From NCBI RefSeq assembly GCF_018977255.1, contig NW_024704769.1:3968001-4032000 (forward strand): a DNA stretch of 64,000 bases. The letters are read 5' to 3'. The stretch's first letter is position 1. Each line of letters begins with the position of its first letter. The notes beneath the pieces are model-generated. The model had not been told where the DNA came from, searched no databases, and saw only the letters and a program-made list of their open reading frames with translations. Source of the DNA: Callorhinchus milii. Lineage: Eukaryota. Positions 20,423-51,624 of the stretch are shown one piece after another. A program made the position numbers and the translations under genes.

Positions 20423-23233
20423 CTAGGAGTCTTCCTTCTCATCTCCATGGGTGATGATGTAACACAGTGACTTATAATCAAGGTTTCCGGCCACGTCAAT
20501 AGGAGTCACAGCAAGCACTTGCTCTACCTGCACCACAACAACAACAAATGACATTTACACAGTGCCATTTACAACAGGAGGACGTCCCAAGGCGCTGGAC
20601 AGTCAGGGATTTGGACCCAAGCTGGGGGTTGGGATCAGGAGGGTGGAGGGTAAGGGAGGGAAGATGACCGAAGGCATGATCAAGGAAGACTTTGTGATGG
20701 GCCTTGAAAGAGGTTTAAATCGTGCCAAGGCCACACACCCTGGACAAAGGCCAAAGTAAGGCTCACTCACCTCTTCTTCACTGAATTTATCAGCTTGAGT
20801 CAGCAGAAGTCTTTTAAATCTGTGGCCAACAGAGAAGGGAAAAGAGCTTTAAGTTGTGTTACTGTATATCTTCAATCCATGACTGTTTGCTGCCACGTTT
20901 TGCCCACTACTGACTGCTAGGTAAACAGAGCCGTGTGTGTGGAGTAAGGAAACTTGCCCAAGACTTCACCCCGCCCAGGAATCAAACCCAGGTCCTCTCG
21001 CACTAACCACTACACTACTGGACTCCAAGACACAGTTATGTTTCTGGCCAGCCAGTGCATTTTATGATGAGAAATTTGACCTTCAGAATGAGTGTGTGCC
21101 TGTCAGTCAGGGAATGTAAGTACTGTACATCTAAGAATATGTCCTTCAAGAACAAACCACGTCTCAGACACTGTCTGCCACTCACTCGTCTTTGTTCAGG
21201 TTCCCCGTTGATTGAGGATCAAACAACTTGAAGGCATTGAGGATGGTTTCTTCTGCATCAGCACCTTTGGGAAGAAGATAAGTAAGCAACAGCTAATTGC
21301 TTGTCCTGGCTACTAACATCATCAACAACAATTTACATTTATCTAGCACCCTTCACACAGGGCGGCATCTCGGAGCACTTAACAGTGCTCAACTCAATCC
21401 ACGACTGTTTGTGGGTCACTGCTGTGCGCAATTGTCTGCTGCGTTTCGCCCACAAAACATAGTGACTCCACTTTACAATATATTCTGTGAAACCCTTTGA
21501 GACGTTTCAACGACGTGATAAAGCTCTACAGGACTCCACTAGCTCCTCCATGCAGTAACTACTGTCTGTTTATTCCTCTGCACAGCATTACCACCTGCTG
21601 CTGTTGGCTCCTCAGTCCTTACCGTTCAGTTTCTCCCCGAAGAGAGTGAGGAAGATGGTGAAGTTCATTGGCCCCTTTCCCTCAGTCAACATTGCCTCCA
21701 ATTCCTCATCGTTTATATTGATCTTACCTGCAAAGACACACTGAAGGTTAATAATCACAGAATGAAGTGTAACGCATTCTTGTTTTGCGTTCCCACTGGT
21801 TATAACTTTTTGGGCAAACAACAACAACAATTTACATTTACACAGCGCCTTTCACATCGGGAGGATGTCCCAAGGTGCTGGACAGTCAGGGATTTGAACC
21901 CGAGCTGGGGGTTGGAATTGGGAGCGGGCGAGGAGCAGGGATGGTGGGGTTAGGAGGGTGACCGAAAGCACAGTTGAAGAAGAGGGTCTTGAAAGAGGAA
22001 AGGGAGAGCGGGAGCGAGGCGAAGGGACTGTGGGATGGATTTCCAAAGGGTGGGAAGCAGAGAGACTGAAGGCCTGACTGCCAATGATGGGGTGGGCCGG
22101 GCAGGGGACATGGAGCAGGCTGAAGCCTGCTGAGCGGAGGGTCAGGTCGAAATGGAGTTAACAGGACATATAGGTAGGCAGGCACTCACCCAGTTGACCG
22201 TAGGTCTCTTTCAGGTCCTGTTTGCTGATGATTCCATCACGGTTCTGATCGATGCAACTGAAAGCCTACAAAATACACAACTCAGGGTTAAATCGGTGTC
22301 TGTGTGAATCCCTCATTCCTGGGATTAGCTCCTGAGCATAATTTTTTACTACCAAGAGATCTGTTATTTTTGCATACAATTCTACCTTTTAATCTTGTGC
22401 AAATGAAATCATTGCCCTGCTGAGTAACTGGATCTCCATAGTTTACTCCATAGTAAATAATTATAAAATAAATATCCTTGCATTTGATGCGACAGTGGGA
22501 AGCTGGGGATACGGATTTTTGAGACTCACCTCTTTAAATTCCTGTATTTGGGACTGCTCAAACATGGAGAAGACATTGGATGAGCCTTTCTGTCTCAGTT
22601 TGGCTGCTTTGTCTTTGGTAGCTTTCCTGCTTGCCTAGAAGCAACATACAATATATTCAGTGCACTGCCACGCTGTAATAATAATAATCCTTGCATTTGA
22701 TACCAGAAAAATCTAGTGATCTGCACAATCTAATAGCCCAGTAACAAACGTATCAATAATTAGAATAATAATCCTTGCATTTTATACAGCGCCTTATCAC
22801 TTCTTCTAGACATCTCAAAGCGCTTCACAGAATATACTGTAAAGTGTAGTGACTGTATACGCTTTGCGGGCGAAATGCGGCAGCCAATTGCACACAGCAG
22901 TGTCCCACAAACAGTCGTTGATTGAGTGTCCATATTATTATATTTTTTGAAGGGTTTGTTACCTCTGGAAAGTGATCCACCAATTGACTAACAGCCGGAT
23001 TCCTATATACTGCCACGTAAACAGAGGCGTGTGGAGTAAGGAAACTTGCTTAAATACATGCCAAAGTTTCCAGCCTGTTTGACCTTGACAATTTGCACGA
23101 AGCAAACACACAGGATGATTAATACAATAATGATTATAACAATTATACCAAACACAGAGAGTAATGGTAGGAACGAAGAGCGAATAAAATAACATTAATG
23201 GGGATTAATGTAAAACATTGTGACACTTACCAT
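20423..23233 (-). CDS. MYL7: Myosin regulatory light chain 2, atrial type (EF-hand), complete, 7 exons
   Basis: ATG-only exon 23231-23233 followed by gtaagt, then 22530-22634 ([22 protein letters not shown]), 22190-22265 ([13 protein letters not shown]), 21623-21727, 21186-21264, 20771-20819, 20423-20527 ([19 protein letters not shown]). Lies between POLD2 and GCK as in human. Confidence 0.93.
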
Positions 23234-23274
23234 GTTGTGTGACAAAGATTGACTACAAGTGCAGAGGTTACGTC

Positions 23275-23450
23275 CAGGCTATATAGTCCTGTTTATCTCA
23301 CTCGGTCCTGGAAAGGATTATTCTAGGTGACAGACGGACTTTAAATGGAAGTTTTGAGTCCGGGTAACTGACTGCACGTCACACGGCTGTGATAAAGTGG
23401 ATTCTTTCACAACAGTTAAGATACTGTGAAGTGGGGCTAGGCATTCCAGA
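23275..23450 (-). promoter_or_regulatory. MYL7 proximal cardiac-type promoter
   Basis: TATATAG at about 23280-23286, GATA sites at 23292 and 23391, T-box AGGTGACA at 23325, MCAT/TEAD CATTCC at 23442. Confidence 0.55.
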
Positions 23451-23924
23451 ATAGCATTAAGCCTTTAACACAGTAATCATTTAATTGGTACCCTATTCGC
23501 ACTAGGAAGCTATTCGATCGGGGCTCCCTTTACATGCAGCAATAATAATAATAACCTTTGAATTTGAAATAATGCCTTATCACCTCGTTGAGACGTCTCA
23601 AAGCGCTTCACAGCATATACTGTAAAGTGAAGTGACCGTGTATTTCGTGGGCGAAACCCGTCAGCCAAATAAACATCTTTACTAACCACCAACATATTAC
23701 TTGTCAACATAAATCAGAGGATATCCAAAAGCTTTACCACGTTGCATTAATACGGTATTATGGTTTTCATACAGTGTGCAAGTCTTACAATAAATACAAA
23801 ATACACAAGCATTGAACGGTTGAAATGTCACACCTTTTCAGTTTTCTGTATTTCTAGACAAACCCAACAGCCAATTTGCACACAGCAATGTGCCACAACC
23901 AGCCAAGAGAGTGAACAATTTTAT

Positions 23925-24280
23925 AATAATAATGCTTGCATTTGAAAGAGCGCCTTATCATGTCTTCGAGACGTGTCAAAAAGCTTCACATGACCTACTG
24001 TAAAGTAAACTGTGTATTTTGTGGGTGAAACACGGCAGCCGATTGCATAGAGCAGGGTCCCACAAACAGTCGTTGATTGAGTGACCGCATTATTATTTAT
24101 TTCTTGATGGGATTATTACTCCCCGGAAAGCGATGCACCAATTGACTAACAACCGGATTCCTACTTACTGCTGGTAAACAGAGTGGAGTGTGTGGAGTAA
24201 GGTTTGGGCCTGCCCATGAATCGAACACAGGTCCTCTTGCTTGTGAGGCGAGTGCTCTAACCACTACACTACAGGATTCC
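23925..24280 (-). mobile_element. tRNA-derived SINE
   Basis: Same head, body and tail in reverse orientation. Confidence 0.82.
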
Positions 24281-25540
24281 ATCTGTCCTTATCCATTGCA
24301 GTCGTTCTTAAAGGGCCATTTATATCCTATTTGAACCAAGCACAGCATAGACAGACTTAAAATATGTTCCATCTCCTCCACACATCAATGCCACTGGCAT
24401 TGTAGCTTTTTATGCTCCCAATAATTCTACTTCTAAATAGTTAATAATGAATGATAAAGGTGTTAAGAGGAAAAGTGAACCCTAGGGAAAACAATGCTAC
24501 TGTAATTTCAATTGGTTACTCACCAAAACAATACTCCTGACTGGATTCATGTAAAATATATTTTAATATAGAGATTCAGATGTGAAAAGTTAAATCAATT
24601 TCATTTAGAAATTATGTATCTCAATACATTTGTTCCATTCACAAGGTTGAAATTACCGTATTCAGTTGCTTATATAATAAATGTCTGTATAATGTTCCCG
24701 CTCTATATCTGAGAAAGCTCTGATCACCAGAAACTTGGCAGGTTCTACACATGAGGTACAAGTTCATAGATTACAAGAATAATAGCAAGGATTGTTAAAC
24801 TCCTTGGGACATCTTCCCGATGTGAAAGGCGCTGTATACATTTAAATTTGTGTTGTATAATAACTGAAAGGTTGTAATAATCATAATCCTTGCGTTTGAT
24901 GTAGCGCCTTTTCAAGTCGTTGAGACTCTCAAAGGACTGCACAGGATATACTGTGAAGCGCTTTGAGGCGTCTCAACAACGTGATAAGTCGCAACATCAA
25001 ATGGTATACTATATCATTGACAGGATAAACAGGAAAAGTAAAGTGAATTGACTATATTTTGTGGGTTAAACATGGCAGCCAATTGCACACAGCAGCGTCC
25101 CACAAACAGTCGTGGAATGAGTGACCAAATTATTAATTTTTTTGAGGAGGGATTATTACCCCCAGAAAGAGTTCCGCCAATCGACTAACAACCGGGTTCC
25201 TACTGACAGCTAGGTAAACGGAGATGTGTGGAGTAAGGAAACGTGCCTAACATTTCACCCCGCCCAGGAATACTGACTGATGTGAGATCTGAAAGGACAG
25301 ATCATCGAGATAGGGTTCTGAGTTAGTTACCCATTCGACGTAAGGCTGCAAGATTGCAATCAGTCATTGGCTGAACAGTGTGTGTTGTGCTGTGAGCATC
25401 GAATGATGCGATCTGACCAGCGTTCTTCGGGGGAACAAGCTAGCTTGAGGCACAACGTGAAATGCTGTAGGAATGTCCAGATGTGAGATCCAGTCACTTA
25501 GCGACAGCTCAATTGGTAGCTTTACGAAGCCGGAGGTCAA

Positions 25541-35201
<9,661 letters not shown>

Positions 35202-35574
35202 CAGTGTTGGTTTGGTGTCAGCGTGGGGATCAGTCTTTGAAGTTTTTCCCTTTCGGGACGTGTGTCTCGCTCTCACAGAGTCGGGGGGTGTCTGCTCTTT
35301 CTCTGGGACTTTCCTCAGACTTTCTCCACGAGGACTGTTCCCTTCCCCACCCCTACCTCTCTCTCTCGGGTTAACTTGGCTCCTCGCTACGGCACACGGT
35401 TGATTCTTGGCTGCTGCTCTCTCTCTCTCTCTCTCTCTCAGTCTCTGCTCCAGTTCTTGGAAACGCTCTCCCTCTCTGCTATCCTTTCCGCCGTCTCCGT
35501 CTCGAGTGGCTCGTTTTGTCCTGTTTCTCTGTCGCTCTCTCTTCTCCTTCTCCCTCTCTCGCTCAAAAGCCTCT

Positions 35575-35700
35575 CCATCACCCCCGGCAACAGAGCCGGA
35601 TACCTGTTCATCCCGGCAATAGAGCCAGACCTCCCGTCACCTTGGCAACACACCCACCTCCCGTCACCTTGACAACGGTGTCAGTGTTACCTCTCCCTCT
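35575..35700 (-). promoter_or_regulatory. GCK upstream promoter with tandem RFX X-boxes
   Basis: GTCACCTTGGCAAC (35636-35649) and GTCACCTTGACAAC (35663-35676) in a 27-bp duplication. Further GGCAAC/GGCAAT half-sites at about 35586 and 35615. Confidence 0.6.
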
Positions 35701-36287
35701 CGGTCCAGGTTTCCCCCGCCCCACCGTCTGTGCGCTCAGGCTTTCAGCACACCTGTTTCTCTGGGGGCTTATTATCCTGGAAAGTGTTCCGCCCATCAAC
35801 TAACAACCGGCTTCCCACTGACTGCTCGGCAAACAGAGGTGCGTAGAGTCAGGAAACTTGCCTAACTTGACTGGGAATTCAACTCGAGCGCTCTGACCAA
35901 CACGCTACGGGTCTCCACCGACAGGAAAAGAAATCAACATTTGATATTTGCTGCGGACAGTCGTAACATTTATCTATATATGACCGATTTTTTAAAAATT
36001 CCATTTGATCCTGTAATTTGCGCGTTAGAAGCACAGGATGTCTTCATACACGTATTATAGTAGTAGTAATTATGGAATGTATGGTACAATAGTCATTAAT
36101 GTACCAAAATAACTTTACCGACAATTTATATATTTCACAGACAACTTGACGACACAAGAAAATATTAGACAAAAAGGGCCTTTACTGCATAAAGCTGATC
36201 TGTGTATTTGACCAGACACCAACCTATTCTGTACTTAGAAAGTGCTTAAAACAGAATGAGGTGCAATATTTAAAACAGCATGAACAT

Positions 36288-36421
36288 GAAACGTAGAAAA
36301 GATCATTCAAATAAATAACACGAAACGTAGAAAGGATCATTCAAATAAATAACACGAAACGTAGAAAGGATCATTCAAATAAATAACACGAAACGTAGAA
36401 AAGATCATTCAAATAAATAAC
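36288..36421. repeat. 34-bp tandem repeat, 4 copies, in the presumed ATP6V1B2 3' UTR
   Basis: GAAACGTAGAAA(A/G)GATCATTCAAATAAATAACAC repeated. Confidence 0.95.
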
Positions 36422-37720
36422 CAGGAAAACATAACAAGGCTTAACAAGGATTAACAGGGCTTGAAATAAGTGCTCTGGGATTACTACAGTGCAAATAAAT
36501 CTTCACATTGATCACCAATGCATTAAGATGCATATTGGTGAATGGATCACATTAAGCTCTTGTTGGATCAAAGATCCTGCGACTGACAATGCCTAAAAAG
36601 AGCCTAAAAAAAACAACTCAGAAATCTTCTTAACCCAAACACGATCTCACACACAGAACACAACACGTAAGGCAGGCAGATGGCTCGAGGATCACGCGTG
36701 AATGTTCTGTAACCCACGTAACATTTCAAACCCGGGCCTGACAAAACAAACCCGTCACTTGTTCAAAACTAGGAACACAAACAAATGAGACACGTGGTCT
36801 AAAAATTCAAGGCACAAGGAGAGCGAGCTGGAGTGGCAAATAGCCAAATGTTTAGTACTTACAGCCTCAAAGTCTGACAAGTCCGCTGGAGCTCAGAGTT
36901 CACATCACTGACAGAAAGCGACGAGGAGCCAGATTGTTCAAAATTCATTGTGCGAACATGTAGAACACTCACTGACAGGTCAAGCAATGGCCTTAGACGA
37001 CTAACATGGCAACGTCACCAACCCTCCTGAACGGTTTGTTGAGAAGTATTTTACTGCATCAACAACAACAACAAATTATTTACACGGCGCCTCTCGTGTC
37101 GGGAGGACCTCCCAAGGTACTGGGCGGTCAGGGATTTGGACCCCAGCTGGGGATTGGCATCAGTAGGGGTGGAGGGCAGCGAGGATGGGGGTAGGAGGGT
37201 GGCCAAAGACACAGTCAAACAGGAAGGTCTTGAGATGGGAGGCAACGGAGGGAGTGAGGCGATGAGTTCCAGAGGATGGGGACAGAGAGGTTGAAGGCCT
37301 GACCCCCCCGCCCCCCATTGGTGGTCCTAATAACGCACAAGTGAATCGTCACCTCAATAGCCAGAAGCAGTTTGTGTGACATTCCAAACGTAGGATTTTC
37401 AGTGCGTTTCACATTTCACATGAAAACACAGAGAGGCAGCGGCTCAGTCACTGGTGAGTGACGCTCTCCAATCCCTGCACGCAGCACAGGGAACGCCTTG
37501 ATCCTGTCTAACCTGGCCCCACACTGCCTAATGAGCAGGAACCCAACACGGCAGGCAACTCAACTCCCACTCAAGCTGAGGGACGTTGACAGGAATCGAC
37601 GGGCACAGAGTCCCACCACTGAACCACGTTACTCACGCACCAGCAGAAATAAAGGGGAAGGTGTTTCGGTAATGATACAGACAGCACACACCAGTGGGAA
37701 CGGCAGTGTTAGAGCTACAG

Positions 37721-46545
<8,825 letters not shown>

Positions 46546-46584
46546 CTTGGTTCTGGCGGCGGGAGGGAGGGAGGAGGCCAGGCG

Positions 46585-46895
46585 CTGTGTCACGTGGCGG
46601 GGGTGCGATCACGTGGGGTGGGATGGGATCACGTGGCGGGGTGTCGCCCTTTCGTCACCTCGGCGGAGATGGCCAGTCGCCACGTGGGTGGTCACGTGTG
46701 TGTGTGTGTGTGGGGGGGGGTCACGTGGCGGGGGTGTGCGTGTCTCTGATCACGTGGCGGGGGTGTGTGTCTCTGGTCACGTGGCGGGGGTGTGCGTGTC
46801 TCTGGTCACGTGGCGGGGGTGTGCGTGTCTCTGGTCACGTGGCGGGGTGGCGCGCCTCACGGAGCCGAGGGTCACGTGGTGACCGGAAGTTGACG
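46585..46895. promoter_or_regulatory. Bidirectional CpG-island promoter of ATP6V1B2 and TTI2 with 11 CACGTG (CLEAR-like) boxes and an ETS site
   Basis: CACGTG at 46591, 46610, 46630, 46681, 46693, 46722, 46751, 46778, 46807, 46836 and 46873, mostly as (G/A)TCACGTGG. CCGGAAGT at about 46883. Confidence 0.8.
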
Positions 46896-47089
46896 CCTGA
46901 GCGAGTGAAGGGAGTGAAGAGACGGAGGAAGAGAGAGGGAATGAATGAAGAGGTGAAGAGGAGAGAGAGAGTGAGTGAGAGTGAGAGGAGGAATTCCCTG
47001 TCTCAGTGCTGTGACATTCAGTGACTCAGTGAATAAACGGCGGCTCTGTTTAGCAGAGTCCAGAGGTAGAAGGAAGACACAGAGACAAA

Positions 47090-47550
47090 CCCTCCCCCCA
47101 ACACCCCCCACACCCTCAACACCCCCACAACACCCCCTCCTCCCCCCCACACCCCCTCCACAACACCCCCTCCCCCCCACACCCCCTCTCCCCCCACACC
47201 CTCAACACCCCCTCCTCCCCCCACCCACACCCCCTCCCCCCCCCACCCCCAACACCCCCCTCCCCCCACAACACCCCCTCCCACACACCCCCCACACACA
47301 CCCCCTCCCACTCCCCCCACACCACCCCCCCACACACACCCCCTCCCACTCCCCCCACACACACCCCCCACACACACCCCCTCCCACTCCCCCCCTCCCC
47401 CCCACACACCCCCTCCTCCACACCCCCCCCACTCCCACACACACCCCCACCCCAACACCCCCCCCCAACACCCCCCTCCCCCCACCCACACCCCCCCCTC
47501 ACCGCCCCCCCAAACACACACACACACACACACCCCCCCCCCCCCCCCCG
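47090..47550. repeat. Low-complexity C/A tract with G-quadruplex potential on the minus strand, 5' of the TTI2 ATG
   Basis: About 460 bp composed almost only of C, A and T with many C4-C8 runs. Confidence 0.9.
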
Positions 47551-47565
47551 AGCAAAGCAGCTTCA

Positions 47566-50500
47566 ATGGAGAGCCCGGATGACGCCCTGCGCCGACTCGG
47601 TGCGACAGCCACACCCGCCCGCGTGCAGCCGGACCGGCCCCGTCGGCCCTCCCCGCCCTGCGGGCAATCCAGCGGGCGCTGCAGAGCGAGAGGCCGGAGC
47701 GCGAGAGGCGGGAGGCGGTGGAGGCCGCCCGGTGCCTGCTGGAGACGGCCGAGGGGCGCTGGCTGTTCGCCGCCGGCTGCCCCGGCGAGCGAGAGGATGT
47801 GGTGCGGACCTACAGGGACGTGACCGTGTGCCTGACGCGGCGCTCGGCTCCGCCCGCAGGAGACCTCGGCGGCGGTGTCGGGGGTGAGACACCGCTGAGC
47901 GCCGCGGCCGAGAGCCCGAGCGCCGTGGCTCAGGTCCTCCAGCGGCTGGTCAGGAAGCTGCACGAGGAGAAGGGTCAGGACTCCCCCGCGGGTGCCATTC
48001 TGGACGCTATTTTGCCCCCACTGCTGCTGTTCTGCGCCGCCCACCAGCAGAACGCGCCCTGGAGCAGCCTCGCCTCGCGCCGGGCTGCCGGGGAGCTGCT
48101 GGCCGCATTGCTGCAGGCAACGGGCTGCGCGACCGCCACCGAACTGCTGAGCGGGACAGCGGAGGCCGGGCACGGAGCGCTGGGGGCCGTCCTGAGAGAA
48201 ATGCAACCGCAAGCCGACAAGTGAGTCCACGGCGGCGGCGGCGACGACGACGACGACACCACCACCACATTCACGCAGCGCACTTTCACATCGGGAGCAC
48301 ATCCCCAGGGCAACAGATCCATCAGGATTTGGGCGCTCCGTCCACAACTGACCGCGCGCGATTGGCTGACCCGTTCCGCCCACGAGACGCGCAGTCACTA
48401 CACTTCACAGTGTATCCCGCGCAGCGCTCGGAGACGTCTCGGAGGACGTCCCATCGGGACGCTATTATCCAACGCAAGGATTGTCACGAAAGGGTTTGCA
48501 CCCGAAAGGAGGAGAGGGTTGGCGCCCGGAGGGGGGGGTGGAGGGCGGGGAGGGGGGTGGAGGGCGGGGAGGGGGGGGGAGGGCGGGGAGGGGGTGGAGG
48601 GCGGGGAGGGCGGGGAGGGCGGGGAGGGGGTGGAGGGGGTGGCGTAAGCGCAAGTTGTTGTTGAGAATGTAACGGACGTGTGTGTCATTCTCCCCAGAGA
48701 GACCGGGAAGCTGAACCCTGCCTCAGGCCGTGTGCTGTGCTGGGTGTTAGAGCGAGCGAGGAGTCCTGCACTCTCTCTGCATCTGGACGCCGCTCTGCCC
48801 CCGGCCTTACTCCTCTCTGACGACTACAGGACAAACAATAAGGTTCTGGGCGTGAGGTGTCTCCAGCACATTATTGTGAATGTGGTAGGTACCAGGTGTG
48901 GGGGGTGGGGGGTGGGGGGGGACGGGACGATGGAGAGAGAAGGAATCTATCCCCGAGGGTGAAATCCACAGCCACTACACTTTACAGCATTCTTGAAGCG
49001 CTTTGACACATCTCAACGATGCGATAAGGCGCTATATCAAAGGCAGAGATTATTATTATTATTATTATTGCTGTATAGACCAAGGTCCATCCGGTTCACC
49101 TTCTACCTCGTGAGCGCTCGCCTCGCAAGCGAGAGGACCCGGGTTCGATTCCCGGGCAGGACCGAAACCTTAGGCAAGTTTCCTTACTCCACACACACAC
49201 ACACTCTGTTTACCAGCGGTCAGTAGGAACCCGGTTGTTAGCCAATTAGCGGTTAGAGAGAGAAAGGAGGGAATCAGTCTGTCTGGGGACGGGGAGTGGA
49301 GCTGCGAGGTTTGCGAGGCGCTGTTTACCTGAGAGTGTGTTGTTCTGTTCAGCCTCCCGCGGAACTCCTGCAATATAACCGAGCCCAGGTCCTGTACCAC
49401 GCTCTCTACAACCACCTGTACACACACGAGGTCTCGCTCGTACAGGTGAGGCCCGGCCAGGAGCCTGCGACACGGGAACCCGCTCACTCACCTCTTACCT
49501 ACACGTCGCACTCCCTCGCTCTGCGGCTGGTCCAGCCCTAAATCTTGTAGGGTCGGCCTCGCTCCTCTGTGACCTGCCGACTCCATACCCAACCTGTCCG
49601 CTCGGCAGGCCCCGGTCTGCTCCAGGTCCCCCTGCCCTGCCCACCCCACCATCGGGGTCGCCTTGCTCCCTCCCTTGCCTCCTTCAAGGTCCGGCTCAAG
49701 ACCCTCGGTCACCCTCCTGGTCCCAAACCCCAGCTCGGGTCCAAATCCTGTCCAGCGCCTCCTCCCGACGTGAACGGCGCCGTGAAAATGTAGCCTTGTG
49801 TGTTGTTATCTACCTCTCTCTGTCTCTGTCTGTGTGTCAGGCCGTACTGCCCTGTCTTCTCGCCCTCCTCCCTGTGCTGGAGGGACCGCCCGTTCCCGGG
49901 AAGCCACGCGCGCCCGGCCCCAGCGACGACACGCTCCGGCTGATCCTCACCCACATGGAGGCCGAAGACAAGATCCCACTGCGGAGAGTTTACGCCTCCC
50001 ACCTGCCCACCTTCACTGCCAGGTCAGCCACGACAGATAACGACGACGCGTGTATTTATTACAGGAGCCGTGAGGGTAGTGTCCCAGGTCTGCCAGAGGG
50101 CAAGTCAGGTCAGTGTGTGTAAAATGCAAGTATTAGTATTATTATTATATTATAACCTCTGTCTCCTCTGCTCTGTGCCCTGGCTACAGGCTGGGGATCA
50201 CTGTCCTCCGTCACTGGAAGAGGCTGCAGCGAGTTATACTGGGCTACCTGGAGGTGGATGATGGTAGTTCGGATGAGGCGGCCAGGCTTGGGGTTCTCCG
50301 CACGCTGGAGACCGTGATCCAGCAAGCCTGGCCCAGGTCAGTCAGCACAGACGCTGGGCTGGGGGCTGGTTGGGGAGGGAGGGAAGGGGAAACATAGGAA
50401 TTGCTGGACGAAAAAAAAGACCAAGGTCCGTCCAGTTGGCCTTCTACCATTCCGGAAGTTTCGCCCACAAAATATACAGTCACTACACTTTACAGTGTAT

Positions 50501-51170
50501 CCCGCGAAGCGCTTTGTGGTGTCTCAACGACGTGATAAGGCGCTGGATCAAATGCGAGGATTATTATTATTATTACAAATCGTATCAAAGAACCTTACAG
50601 CACAGAATAATGGAGATGTTGACAGCAGTTAATTCCGGACGGATTAGTCTACAACAGTGAGAAGCTTTGGGAACCTTAGGTCCAACGTTACCTGGGAGGC
50701 GGGAAAATGGGGAAAGGGATGAGGGAAAGAGGGGGAGCGAGAGGGAAGGAGAGGAGAGAAGATTGACGGAGGGTGTTTGGTGACAGGGCGAGGCTGTGGC
50801 TGGAGCCGTTGCTCAGGGCGTTGCTGAGGCTGGTGCTGGACGTGTGCGAGGGGGGGAGCGAGGCCGCGGGGAGCAGAGAGCAGCTACTACAGAGTGCTAC
50901 TCGCTGTGTGTGTCTCCTTCATCACTGCAGCAGCGATACCGTGCCGGTAAGTGCTGCCCCAGTCTGTCTGTCTCTCTCTCTCCATTCCTCCCTCCTTCTC
51001 CTCCAGCTGCTGACGGTGTGTGTGTGTGTGTGTGTGTGTGTTGCCTTCAGCTGGTGTTGACGAGGTTGGTGTCGAGCTGTGACAGCCGAGCAGTCAGGAC
51101 TTGGCTACAGGGAACACAACAAGAGATCAACAGCAGCAGCTCAGGACGGCAGCAACTGGCTCCAAGGTGA
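47566..51170 (+). CDS. TTI2: TELO2-interacting protein 2 (TTT complex), 7 coding exons; apparent 1-nt frameshift near 47598
   Basis: Exons 47566-48220, 48698-48884 (LLLSDDYRTNNKVLGVRCLQHII), 49353-49445 (LLQYNRAQVLYHAL), 49841-50022 (LILTHME), 50190-50336 (QQAWPR), 50787-50946, 51051-51170. Tail-to-tail with MAK16 as in human. Confidence 0.88.
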
Positions 51171-51624
51171 CATGTTTGACAACTGAATGTGGGAACCAAC
51201 CCCCCACCCTCCCACCCCAACCCATGAGGGTCTCCAGTCCGGTTCCTGAGCCAGGAGGGGCCGCAGTATCCCAGGCTCGGCCTGACAGGGGGGGACTTGA
51301 GGAGCTCAGACACAGACAGACGTGTCGCCGTTCGACGGGAGATATTTTTATGCACAAGTTTGTACAGTGTTGGCTGTGTCAGCCCGGGCTGGAGGGGCGG
51401 CACGATGGGAGGGCGCTCCGAAAACCAGGCGGGAATATTAATAACAACAATAATTACTCCCTGAAGACCCTGAAACACAACACGATGATGATAATAATAA
51501 TAATAAACTGACTGACTGACTTCAGCAAAGCTGATTTACTGTCCAGAGGAATGGTGTCTCTCTCTCTCGTGGTGTGACTTGGCTGTTGTGATGGAGTCTC
51601 GGTGTCTGCGCCGCCGCCGGCTCC

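Noticed and set aside
36288-36421. CRISPR-like regular repeats here and at 19431-19690 and 60791-60998
   Set aside because: Head-to-tail units without unique spacers, in eukaryotic DNA with no cas genes.
46975-47614. Pro-rich and Gly-rich ORFs
   Set aside because: Low-complexity poly-C tract translated on both strands.
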